The notes under the pieces were generated by a model, which made no database searches, had not been told where the DNA came from, and worked only from the letters and a program-made list of their open reading frames with translations. From Fimbriosthenelais zetlandica (Eukaryota): 64,000 bases of DNA. Shown here one piece after another: positions 40,250-51,808 of this stretch; position 1 is the first letter of the stretch; each line of letters opens with the position of its first letter. The stretch spans positions 21,080,001 to 21,144,000 of the forward strand of contig OZ365118.1 of assembly GCA_977030845.1 (NCBI GenBank). Reading direction: 5' to 3'. Position numbers and translations under genes: made by a program.

Positions 40250-40940
40250 ACTCCGATAGGTTACAAAAAAAAGGGGGCGGGGGTACAGGGTGGTGAACCA
40301 ATCGGACGGTCAGTGCGCGATCGTCGAAGGCGTTGATCGACTTATGAGGAGGAAAAAAGGGTCGGGGCAGGGATAGATGGAGAGGAAAAGGGGTAGAGAT
40401 AAGCATATTGTCATTTTAGAAAGTTTCATAGGGTCAGGGGTGCCTAATCGGCCGGAAAGACACATTTACATAACTGTTTTGCTGTTATTACTGTTTATGG
40501 CCGCCATTTTGGCTGTTGTAACGGGTGGCGGGGTTACAACTCTCACCTTTTTCCCGTTAGTTGATGTTGTAACGGGTTGCGGTGTTACAACTCTCATCCT
40601 TTTACCGTTAGTTTCTTAATTTCCCGTCGGTGGCGTACTAGTTATTTTCCAAATCTGGGCTAAAACCAGTCTAATCACACTCAGGGCGACATATCTGACT
40701 AAATATCGATTATATATGTTCATACATGTTAGATTATCCCCAAAATACAACATTTACCCAAGGATTCCGCGTTTATGGTGGATAAGTGAGGCGGGTGCCC
40801 TGAGGGCACCAAGTGGAAGTTGTTTTGTATTGTGCGCCGGGTCAAGGAGAGGAGGTAAACAAAACCGACAGCAGCGTGTAGCTGTTTTATCTATGGCGCC
40901 AGATTTATCCCCGTCTTCCTCTCAGGTAAAGTAACGATCG
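40250..40940 (+). promoter_or_regulatory. Probable promoter and first exon region of the Kelch gene
   Basis: CpG-enriched relative to flanks. GC box gggggcgggg (about 40273), CCAAT (about 40298), YY1-type gccgccatttt (40500-40510), and donor CAG|gtaaag at 40925. Confidence 0.5.
40514..40613. repeat. 51-bp tandem duplication, each unit an 8-bp-stem hairpin
   Basis: gttgtaac-N10-gttacaac at 40515-40540 and 40566-40591. Confidence 0.88.
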
Positions 40941-41458
40941 CCATTTCTCATTTCATAGAATACCGTGTCACGTAGGGCGTTGTTATCTGTTTTAAATGGT
41001 TCTGATTGGAGTGAAGAACGAGTGAAAAACGCGCCATTCTGACGGTCTGTTGGTGGAGTGTCATCGTGACACTGTGGGGTGACATGTGACAGTAGTGTAT
41101 TCCTACTACACCATTGGGCCTATTGTATGTTTTATTGGTCACATTAATACCTAATTACATTGTACTCCCAATGACTATCATTGAATTAGAACTTGATCTT
41201 GAGGCTCAGTCTATGGTGCGAGTCTCTCATACATAGCTAGTGGTGGGTTCCAGCCTTCTCTATGTCTTACCGTTTACCTGGAGCTCCACTGCTCCTGGCT
41301 CTACCCCTACCCCACCACTGGTACTGGTACCTCTTCAAACTACACCCCCCCCCCCCCCCCCCTGCACCCTCACTCATGTTTATGTAACATGTCTCGCACC
41401 TTTCCAGTTGAGTGATTTTGGACCTGGAGGTGGGCTGAAAAGGTGTGAAAGCTCAACT

Positions 41459-41733
41459 GCAGTGAGCCTCCTCTCCCTCTCAACTCCTACCCCCACCACC
41501 CATGGCCATGCTTCTCTCAGGTGTATATAGGGGTGGTACCGTAGGGGATGATAGTCATATGTAGAACCAGTGGAGTGTGAAGAAACGCCAAGTAAAAGCC
41601 AGTGAGCCTCCTCTCCCTCTCAAGTCCTACCCCCAACCCCCACCACCCCACGCTTCTCTCAGGTGTATAGGGGTGGGAGGGGATGATAGTGATATGTAGA
41701 ACCAGTGGAGCGTGAAGAAAAGCCAGGTAAAAG
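41459..41733. repeat. About 140-bp tandem duplication in the Kelch gene's first intron
   Basis: agtgagcctcctctccctctcaa...gcttctctcaggtgtata...atatgtagaaccagtggag occurs twice. Confidence 0.9.
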
Positions 41734-41903
41734 CTAAGGCAGAGAGAGGGACTGAATGATAGTATATATAGCTGAGACCTACACAGTGGCTAGCACCCGC
41801 CACCAGCTATATATAAACCCATGACTGCACTAATATTTAGTGAAATGTTTTATATATTTTACATCTATTTAATTGTTAATATTTTAATTAATTTATAGAT
41901 AAG

Positions 41904-43742
41904 ATGACAGACGGGCCTGATCTTGGCAAGGCCCCCAGTGACTGGGGAGCCAGTATGCTGTACAACATGCAGCAGTTACGCCGCAGTCGCCTTCTATGCG
42001 ACCTCACCCTAGTCGCCGGTCGTCGCTCCCTCCCTGTCCACAAGGCCTATATCGCTGCTACTAGCGACTACTTCCAAGCCATGTTGACCAGTGGCATGCA
42101 GGAGACCTACCAGGAGACAGTGGAACTAAAGGGAGTCTCAGAGACGGGCCTGGAAGCCATACTAGACTTTATATACAGCGGAGTGCTCACATTAACCACT
42201 GATAATGTATGTGATGTCCTCATAGCCGCGGCCCACCTACAGGTTCAGCCGGCCCTCCACTATTGTAGCTCCTTCTTGTCAAGTGTCCTTGCTGTAGACA
42301 ATGCCTTGGACGTTCTCAGTGTAGCTAGACTCTACTCCCTTGAGAAGGTCCAGCGCTCAGCCACCCTCTTCATTCAGCAACACCTTCTCAAGATCATCTC
42401 CGGGGGGCACCATCTCCTCATGGATTTTGATGATCTTAAAGCGACACTTGCCAGGAAGAATCTCGAGTTTGGACCGGAGAGTGACATCTATAAGTGCATT
42501 ATGCAGTGGGGCCTCCACGAGCCCGAGTCCCGTAAAGAGCACGTTAAGGAGCTGATGGGACTCGTCAGGTTCCCCCTCATGACCCAGCAGGAGCTGAGGA
42601 AGGTTCTAGACGAGCATCCTACCAGTGCCTGGACCCCGGCTGTGAGGGATGCTCTGTTATATCTAGAGAAGCCCATCCACCATCGTGTCCTCATTAGATC
42701 AGAACATGTGACAGTCAGGAGTAAACCTACGGTCCTCGCCTACCCGTCCTACCAGCTGGGTCGGCTCTCTCAGGACCTCTTTATCCTGGCTCAGGGTGCT
42801 GACCGCTGGCTCAAATACCCGGATGTGGAGCTGGGTGATTATAACACGTACGCCGGGGCTATTACTTCACTGAATAACTACCTCATCATCTGTGGAGGCT
42901 ACCACCGACTGGCCTCCTCCACTGAGAGAGATGAAGTCACCAACCTTTGCTACATCTTTGATCCCAACTCGTTCAGGTGGTTCCCTATAGCCTCCATGAA
43001 AACCCCGCGTGCGTCTTTCCCGTTGGTTGTCTGCACCACTGGGTTGTATGCTTTAGGTGGCTTGAAGAAGATTGTAAGGTCGACGAAGCAGCCTATACCA
43101 AGGATGCATGGTATTCATACTCTAGGCATAGAGAGGTTCAGTTTTGAGTATAACCAGTGGGAGGAGGTGGCTTGGTTGGGACAAGCTACTAAAAACCACG
43201 CAGCCTGCGCCCTGGAGTCTAAGATTTACGTTTCTGGAGGAGAACTGGAGGATCAGAGTATTTCTGATCAGATGGTGTGTTACGATACAAGCACCAAAAG
43301 CTGGCAGCAGCTCGACCCGCTGTCAGAACCAGTCAGTGGTCACTTTATGTTTGGTCTTAAAGGGAAAGTGTTGGCTATAGGGCTGGACGATGAGTACTCC
43401 CTGACCTCGGGGTTCGGTGTGGAGGTGTATAACCCCTCCACCAACCAGTGGACCGCCCTGAGAGCCGGACTCTTACCTCGAGGCTCGGAGGTGGTGTATA
43501 TGGACGGGCGGGTATACTTACTGAACGGGTGGAAGCTACAGAGCGAGCATGATGAGTCCACCCGCTACATACAGTCAGTCAGTGTCAAGTTTGACGGTCT
43601 AGGCTTGACTGATTATAAAGTACATTTCAGTTATCTGGACGTAGATTACCTGATCGGGGCGTCGCTTAGAATTCCTGTTGACAAAATCAAACAGGCCAGA
43701 GTCATACGTAATGGTCCGCCCCCCGGGGCCCAGGCCATGTAA
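41904..43742 (+). CDS. Kelch-like BTB-BACK-Kelch protein (Cullin3 adaptor type; BTB resembles the KLHL9/13/26/36 group), 612 aa, CDS without introns
   Basis: BTB: LCDLTLVAG...VHKAYIAATSDYFQAMLTSGMQE...VELKGVSETGLEAILDFIYSG. BACK: LMGLVRFPLMTQQEL. Kelch blades: LIICGGY, FRWFPIASMKTPRASF, LYALGG, IYVSGGE, VEVYNPSTNQWT. An upstream exon ends at 40925 (CAG|gtaaag), with acceptor(s) at 41898 and 41903. Confidence 0.95.
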   Translation: MTDGPDLGKAPSDWGASMLYNMQQLRRSRLLCDLTLVAGRRSLPVHKAYIAATSDYFQAMLTSGMQETYQETVELKGVSETGLEAILDFIYSGVLTLTTDNVCDVLIAAAHLQVQPALHYCSSFLSSVLAVDNALDVLSVARLYSLEKVQRSATLFIQQHLLKIISGGHHLLMDFDDLKATLARKNLEFGPESDIYKCIMQWGLHEPESRKEHVKELMGLVRFPLMTQQELRKVLDEHPTSAWTPAVRDALLYLEKPIHHRVLIRSEHVTVRSKPTVLAYPSYQLGRLSQDLFILAQGADRWLKYPDVELGDYNTYAGAITSLNNYLIICGGYHRLASSTERDEVTNLCYIFDPNSFRWFPIASMKTPRASFPLVVCTTGLYALGGLKKIVRSTKQPIPRMHGIHTLGIERFSFEYNQWEEVAWLGQATKNHAACALESKIYVSGGELEDQSISDQMVCYDTSTKSWQQLDPLSEPVSGHFMFGLKGKVLAIGLDDEYSLTSGFGVEVYNPSTNQWTALRAGLLPRGSEVVYMDGRVYLLNGWKLQSEHDESTRYIQSVSVKFDGLGLTDYKVHFSYLDVDYLIGASLRIPVDKIKQARVIRNGPPPGAQAM

Positions 43743-46700
43743 GATCGGTATAGAAAAAAGTTCAAAAAACAAAAAAAACTTGATGTTTCTTTCACTTACT
43801 TTTGGCTGTCTACACCAATTTTAAAAATCCACTTGAAGGGTCTTGCCTTGGAAAAGTTTGATCCTCGGGTTTGGGATCAAAATGTGCTGAACTTTTACTT
43901 TATATTTTTATTTTCTTGTTTGAAGGGGTAAGCTCGGCCATATGTGTTCACAGTTTTATCATGTATCCCATGTTATCTTAGCATCTTATTTTAGTGGAAT
44001 TTTAAAGGAAAAACAAAGCTTAAGTCAAAATGTTAGAGAACAATGCTTAATTAGTCCTTTCAAAACACTGCCATAAATGGACGATATGGAAAAGCTGATA
44101 GTGATAACTAACAGATAACTAGTGATAACTGGTACTAATCAATTCACATATTAGTCAGTATTAATTGTTGTCATTTAACGTTTAATGTGGACATGATTGA
44201 ATTGTTTGTTGATTATAATTTTAGTGTTGGTCCTATATGTGGTTGCCTGGGCAACCTAAAAATCCTATGGAAATCTTCATTTTGGGATGAGTTTTAATCC
44301 CAGCAACTCTCAAATATAATAAGTAAATGTGGTTAAGAAGTTGACCCTGAATGGATATATTACAGAGAGAAACCAAATTACTCTAAATAGAGAGGCGTAT
44401 ATGTTACAGGCAGAAACCAAATCACTTCAATATTATGAAGTAATAGATGGATGGTAAAGTCAGGAACAAATGTTAAAATATTTGGTGAAAATGTATGTAT
44501 ATTGGATGCATGGACAGAAAGCTGAATATTACTTTAAATTGATGATAATATTCATAACAATACTACTCACCAAAATTTTAAGGACATGTGGAAGTGACAA
44601 TTATTTTGTCAATGGCAAATCATGAGTATACTTTAGCGGCAATGAGTACTATAGAAATGGTGAAAGTTCATATTTTGATATACATTTTGTGAGTACTCTA
44701 TTGAAAAACATTTAGTTGGAATATATCAAATATTTGGTTGAAAAATTAATGCATGAAAGAGTTTGAAAAGTTGGGCAAACCATGTGAACATAGATCTCAC
44801 TAACGTATTTAATCTCCAAAGATAAAAAGATCACTCATCGAAATAGCCAGATGATCTCTAGTTGAAGGAAGTATTATTCATTACTTAATGATTCGGCCAA
44901 TCAAATTAGGCTGGCATCAGGTTGAAATATTTGTATTAGCTATTTGTATTAATACAGAATTATGGTTAGTTCACTTTAACAAGTATTGCATGCATTGAAT
45001 CTTGTCAATATGATAAACTAACACCGTGATAATCTATATTGTATCTGTGCTGAAATGAAATACATGAAAAAATATTTAATTGTTTGTCATGTATTTAAAT
45101 GTGGTACATATATATTGGAATATAGATCTGATATAAGTGGCATACTAAAGTGTAGGAGAACAGACTGGACAAGTTTCCTGAATGTTTAATAAGTTTGTGA
45201 GGGAAATAGGTATGAGTGAAGGTGAGCTTGTGTAAAGTGTATAATGATTTTATCATAAGATCATTGTCTGTGATGGGTATAATTTTTAACCGAAAGGATT
45301 GATTTTACAAAAACATGCTGCGGGTCATTCCATGCCCCGGATTTCAGCCTCTTGTGTGTGAGTGCATCTAGAATACATCAATACTTCGATCTCTGCCCGC
45401 CTACATCTATGTAGGAGTAATTTTGACTGATATTGAGGACAATCAATTCTCTTTCCGACCTAAAGTGGATCGGTTTGCTAAATTTCAACCCTGAACAACA
45501 ATATATATGACCATTGGCCACGGTACTTGAAAAAATAATCGATTTGTGACGTGGATGCATCTGAACAATCACAAAAGGAGCGGAATTATTTATTTCACTA
45601 AAGGATCATATTTTATCTGATGAAAAAAAGAAATTTCAATTTTATTGCACCTGTTTCGTCTGAACAACATATGGACATTTACCTCAAAACAGGATTTTAA
45701 TTGTCTACATTTTCTTCGCCACAATATTCAACTGTGTTCTTAGACTGAAATTCAGTCATAGAAATTGAAGCCTAAATATTTAGGAGCACATCTCAGAAGT
45801 AAAGTGTTGCAATGTGAGCATTGCATGTTTGGCAGCTCTCATTCATAGCTTAATTGTTATTGATCCAATGCCAGGAGGAGGTGGAGAAGTCAGAACGCTG
45901 AGATAAAGGTTTAATAACTACACTCGGCTGTGATTTACACAACCCATCATATCGTTACGCTCACAGCTTTCATGTTGCTATAGTGAGTGGCATGTAAATG
46001 AACAGCTGCTGGCGTTCTAGATGAGCAGGCCATTGTGTGCCGACAGGTTGTTTCCTTCTCGGTCTGTGATTGATAGCTTTCTCAATTTTTTAAACACCTG
46101 AAGGAAAGCTTAAGTTTTCACACATTTCACATTCTTACTCAAATGAAATATAAGGAATCTGCCAAATGGAAACATTTGTGATATAAATTTGTGCACCAGA
46201 CATTTCAGGGACATTGGAATTACTCCAGTATTTGCCTGCTTTGTGAGGATTTTTGAACGTATTTGAGAGCAGCTCATCAGATTTTGATCAGAATATTGAT
46301 ATTTATGTGTGTGAGAGTAGGAGGGAGTGTAGATGGGAGAGCTGCCGAGCCCGGGACGTAGCCCAAAGAGGCAGGTTTTATCAATTATTCATGTGTTTAC
46401 TATGTCAACAGCCTACCGTAGCCCAGGCGATATGTGAGCCAGAACCAACCTGCTCTTAATACAAGAACAATCCTGAAAATACAGGGAGCTATACCTCTCA
46501 ATATTGCCACATCTCACTATAGGATATGTGGTACTCGTGGATATGAGAAGTGACGATTCTGCACGGTCTGGATTCTGCACTGTGATGAGAAATATGATCT
46601 GATTTGGATTATCCCTCCAAAGCTGGATCACATGGAACAGTGCCTTAGTTCCAGTTGATCTACATAAGGATCAGGCATAGAAAGTATCCTATTCCTTATT

Positions 46701-47354
46701 GGAGTTTAGTCAACGCATGAGCCTTTCATTATTTCAACAACACAGGAAACATAATTCGATAGGAACTGTTTTCAAAGGAGAAATATCTTCATCAGTTTTA
46801 TGCTGTTCTAAGAAAGAATTGCATACCATTTTTCATGATCCGTACAAGCCTGTTGAAATGGTGTTTCCCGCCCTGATATGAGTGCTGGATATTTGAATGA
46901 AATAATTGATCTTTGTGGGGACCACCTGCCCCCCACATTGTGCATACTGTATTTATTAATGTATTGTGGCTATTGTTCACTCAGCCATTGAGGCAACGGT
47001 TAATTATTCATTCATAAACATCGGATCATAAAAACATCGTCGGCTATATGGATCATTATTGTTCTTGCTTCATTTGATCCTGGCCATTGACGTTCGTCTA
47101 TATTGATTTGGAGTTAAGGATAGGCACTTTTGGCCCCTCCAATGAGGTCTTGGTAGATCTTTCTGCCAAAGATTGTCATATTATTCTTTTAAGTGGACTG
47201 ATCACATTCCTTCAAGTCATATGGAGGGAACAATGAAAATTAGGAGAAATCAACACCAAGGAGTCATTAACGGAGAGATTTGACTGATATTTCTATTGGA
47301 TTTTATTTCCATGTTTAACATTAACTCATGATCAGTGCCATCGTTCCATCGACC

Positions 47355-48275
47355 ATGGACAGTGGAGCACGGAGGCCTCGCACACTGGGCAGTCATCCTG
47401 GATTGGGACGCCGAAAATGTCAACTGTTTAATATGAAATCAATGCAGACGACCAAGTCCATCCAGACCACCATTAAAGAGACACCATTGGATGACGTCAT
47501 CAATACAACAACCGACTTCCGGCGTCCCATGAACGCTCGATCGGGTCGCTCATCTACTGCGCTCTCACGCTCTAAAACCATGTATTTTGGGGGCAGTCGA
47601 CACTCACTGGAAGGCAATTCTTTAGAAAATAACAACCATAAAGACACTTCACAATATGCCAGGGTGCTGCCTAAACTGAAACAAGATTCTAATAAAATTG
47701 CATCCAGAACTGTCACCAGGAAAAACAGCTCTAGTGATGACTCAACTGAGGAGAGCAAGAGTCTACAAAACAACAAAAATAATAATAATATTAATTCTAC
47801 ACCTAAACAGTACATGTACAGCCGTGGACGGAGACAATCAACATCAAGTTATGGTGAATTAAGATCAAAAGGTACCAACACAAGACAATCTGACCGTCGA
47901 TCCAGGGTTTCTAGACTTTATTCAGATTTAAGACAAAGGACACCTATGAGTGCACAGGGGGGTGGTGGGGGCAGCTCTGTGAATTTTGTTAACACTTACA
48001 CAACTGTTCCTCATCCCAAAGCTGGATTGATACAGATGCGAATTAATACTAGGCGACAGTTGGACGCCACACGACATCAAGGCTATGATCCTCGTCCCCA
48101 GGACGTGGTGGACAAATGTGAGAAGTGGATTCAGTCTCTCCCCTCCACCTTCTCCAATGTCTGCTCTGTCCTTTCAATCCCGGACGATGAAAGCGGCAGT
48201 AATTTAGGATCAGGACATTCCGAAAACGATTCCGATCTAGGAACTGAAAAAGAGACAAAGGATCAGAATTCTTAA
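47355..48275 (+). CDS. Uncharacterised single-exon protein, about 306 aa, basic/Ser-rich and probably disordered, with a structured-looking C-terminal motif
   Basis: 921-nt open frame in AT-rich flanks. The ATG at 47355 is in a strong context (accATGG), just after a plausible acceptor (catgatcag| at 47335). The C-terminal region reads RHQGYDPRPQDVVDKCEKWIQSLP. No family was recognised with confidence. Confidence 0.7.
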   Translation: MDSGARRPRTLGSHPGLGRRKCQLFNMKSMQTTKSIQTTIKETPLDDVINTTTDFRRPMNARSGRSSTALSRSKTMYFGGSRHSLEGNSLENNNHKDTSQYARVLPKLKQDSNKIASRTVTRKNSSSDDSTEESKSLQNNKNNNNINSTPKQYMYSRGRRQSTSSYGELRSKGTNTRQSDRRSRVSRLYSDLRQRTPMSAQGGGGGSSVNFVNTYTTVPHPKAGLIQMRINTRRQLDATRHQGYDPRPQDVVDKCEKWIQSLPSTFSNVCSVLSIPDDESGSNLGSGHSENDSDLGTEKETKDQNS

Positions 48276-49067
48276 CTTATATTATATTTATGTTTAACTA
48301 ATATGATTTTGATGATCTTTAGCCCTAATTGGTCCCCATGTTGACCTCTCGCAATGGAGAGGCTCTCGCCACATCAGATTTATAGCATAGGCTATATTTA
48401 TTTCAGAATTTCCACTTATACGTCCACTTATAATTGTACCAAATATTACAGGAATAAATGAATGTATATTTATTTAATAGTATGCTCTGGTTTGTGGACT
48501 AGTGTAATGCCCCGGTGGAGCCAGGTTGGAGCTAGGTGCTGCCATGAGTGGCCAAATTGAGAACTGAACTGTAGATGAAACTCTGTTAGAACCCAGTATT
48601 GCCTTGAGTGGCCATGATATAAACCTCAATTAGCGCCAATAGTATAATCCCCCTTTTTATATCAATATGTATGCCATTTTCACTCCATTAAATTCTAGCA
48701 GGCACCTCCTCTATATCTCTATGAGCACTGCTGTGGATTTACAAGGCGTTGTAACGGCTCCGCCTCATTAAGTCTGTGTTTTACCATTTTCTACATTCGA
48801 AACTACCGGCGGCATGGTGGTCAGGTAGACTGAAATACATCGTTAAAAACTTGTATATTCTCCGTTCAGCAGCCAAGTCTGACATCTATAAGGTAAGAGT
48901 TTGTACATAAATGATTGGTGCCTTGAATAAGAGTGGATTTGGCGCTGTACGTTACTTATATTTGTTGTTTAAGGCCTTGGAATCACGGCCTCGGGAGACC
49001 ACATGACATACTCCATACAATACATACACTTTGGTGCGTTGCCCTTATACACAAGGGCTTCAAGGCA

Positions 49068-49400
49068 CAAGCCAACGCACCAAAACAAGCACACATTCAT
49101 ATACCTTCTAGTTTATACCTTCCAGTGTGGTATATATCTTTTATTAAACCTTATATATTCCGTTTTAAACATTCACTCATATATGTAAGTTCATTTCTAA
49201 ATACCAATACCTATGTTATAAATAGCCCAGTCACATGACATAATCCATACATACACTCAACACCTCACACACACCAAGCCAATAGGCTACACCGAAGCAA
49301 GCACACCTGAACATGTAACTTCTAGTTTATACCTTCCAGTGTGGTAAATATCTTTTATTAAACTTTATTTTCCGTTTTAAACCATTCACTCATATATGTA
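49068..49400. repeat. About 120-bp direct duplication (49068-49187 and 49275-49400)
   Basis: cttctagtttataccttccagtgtggta.atatcttttattaaac...cattcactcatatatgta occurs twice. Confidence 0.88.
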
Positions 49401-51125
49401 TATTTGTTATGTTGTGTCAGATACCATTATAAATCCATATAACTTCATATAAATCCCTTATATATTATACCGGTGTGTGCTCTGTTTACCATAAAACCTA
49501 TCTACTACCCTTACCGTAAACCCATATATACATGTATGAACCTTAGCTTTTACATTCATTTACTCGTTAATACTTAATTCCAATTGTATTATTGTTTATT
49601 TGTAATATTTGATGTGATTTAGTTAGAATATTTATTTTATTTTTATTTTAGTCCAATTTCGAGCAATTCCAACATAAATTCCAATTCCAAAAGAAAATTA
49701 TAATGATCTACCAGATATTGATCTCATGCTTCTTTTGCAGACTTCATGTTGGCCTGAGCTGTCTTTTCTAACGAACATTAGACGGCTGAGTAACGTGAGA
49801 CAAGATGCCAAGATGTCCATGTCAACCTGTCCTTCAGTTAGCCTACCATTTCTTCAGCTGCTCATTCACAAAATGGTGAGCTAAGTTTTATGTTTTGCAA
49901 TATTTTATGATTCTGCAAAAAAATAGTGAACAACTAACAACTAAATATTTCGCGGGTGTCCTACTAGACCCCTAGACTAGTTTAGAGAAGATTGCATTAC
50001 GTGTATTGTCGGTCGATCAATATTGAGACGAAAAAATCTGTCGATGTTTTGCGAAAGCTTATACTGATTGATGAAAGAAAACTATAATTTAATTGGGAAG
50101 TTAGCATACTGGTCACTATTTATGTAATCTTTGTAATATAAATGTTTCTGTTGAAAATTGTACACTAAAGCTATATATTTATTGTTGCTACCGAAGATGA
50201 GACGACCGAGTTACATGATGCAAGGTTAATCCTGCCAAGATGTTCATGAGACCTTTCAAGCTCCCGAAACTTTTAGAGGATAAACATCCCAAACCTGAGA
50301 GCATTGACACTTGTGCAGAACCACAACTGGTGAAAGTTATGGAACTTTTCCAAGAGGAGAGGCTAGCTCAACATCTTCATTCACAAATGGTGAGCTGAAT
50401 TTTATTCTTTGCGATTATTTGCTATGATTCTACTGAAAATAGAAAATTTCGAGTTACATGTAATTGATTTTTTAAACCTGATTTAAAAATCAGTCTGTCA
50501 CTTTAATTAACACTGATTAACACTGATACACACTATATCTTTATATATTAATTATATGCATTTTAAAATAGTTAAAAACATATTTACCTATACATCCTTT
50601 ATGTCGTTTTTCTAGGAAATTAGAGCAGCAGTGATGGAGGAAGCGTCCAGAACATGTAGACAGCCATGCATTCATCATGTACATCGCGTCATATGGCGTG
50701 GAAAAACTTTATCAATGCGTGCCAGACACTTAAGTTAAGTCAATTTTTCTCTCCCCTCCCTACATTGTAGAGTAGAAGACATAAACCTACAATTCACGTC
50801 ATACACATCAGATGATTTAATGTCATAGGGCAAATGAAATGTAGAAATGAACTGTTGTGTGAGCATTCATTCCCAATATGACTTAGCTTAATTTCAGATT
50901 GTTAAATCTGTATAGACGCTATTATAGTCCGGGCTCCAGATTCCTCACACAGATCTAAACATTATTTTACCCTACACCACTTGCTCCGTACAATTTTTGC
51001 TTATTTTCGATAGCTAAATATCTGAAGATAGAAAATCCGAGTTTTGTAGAAACAATTGACCCTGTGAACAGGTCATTCATTCATGTCATTCCTCATATGG
51101 AAGTACTCCCAGAGGGCGTTCTAAT

Positions 51126-51808
51126 TATAAAAAAGTCACCCTGATTAACTGGTTACCATGACAACCTGAAAACTCTGTAATGTTGTCAATTTTTCAGCAA
51201 AGACATATTTTTAGTTTCCATAGCAAATGCAGTAATTGGTATTTCAGAATTTTTACATTTAATATTCAAGGTATGTCAACTACCTATCTCATGCATATAT
51301 AATTAAAGACAATTGTATTGGATAGTTTCCATGGTGATAAGGGCGAAATGCAACATTCACATCCTCCTCTCTGCAACCTTCCTCTCTCTGGTCAGGTCAT
51401 ACCTTGCGCTGCTATGGCTTGCTTGCGCTGCTATGGCCCGCTTGCGCTGCTCTGATCTGCCTGCATTAAGCCATGCTTTGCTTGCATTTCCTAGCCTTGC
51501 CTGCGCTCCTTAGCCTCGCCTGCGCTCCTTAGCCCCGCTCCTTTACATATACTTCCACTCTGTTTATCTGTTATAATGTGAATGTTCCTTTTTGCCCTTA
51601 TCACCATGGAAACTAACCGATACAATAGTCTTTAATTATATATGCATGACATAGGTGTTTGACATACATTGAATATTGAATGTAAAAATTGCTGAAATAC
51701 CAATTACTACAGTTGCTCTGGAAGCTGAAAATATGTCTTGCTGAAAAATCGACAAAATTGCATAGTTTTCAGGTTGCCATGGTAACCAGGTAATCAGGGT
51801 GACTTATA
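51126..51808. mobile_element. MITE, family A, full-length copy with long (about 230 bp) imperfect terminal inverted repeats
   Basis: The left end aagtcaccctgattaactggttaccatgacaacctgaaaact... is the reverse complement of the right end ...agttttcaggttgccatggtaaccaggtaatcagggtgactt. Complementarity continues inward to cattcacat/atgtgaatg. The core is non-coding, with short gcgctgctatgg and gcctgcgctccttagcc repeats. Confidence 0.88.
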
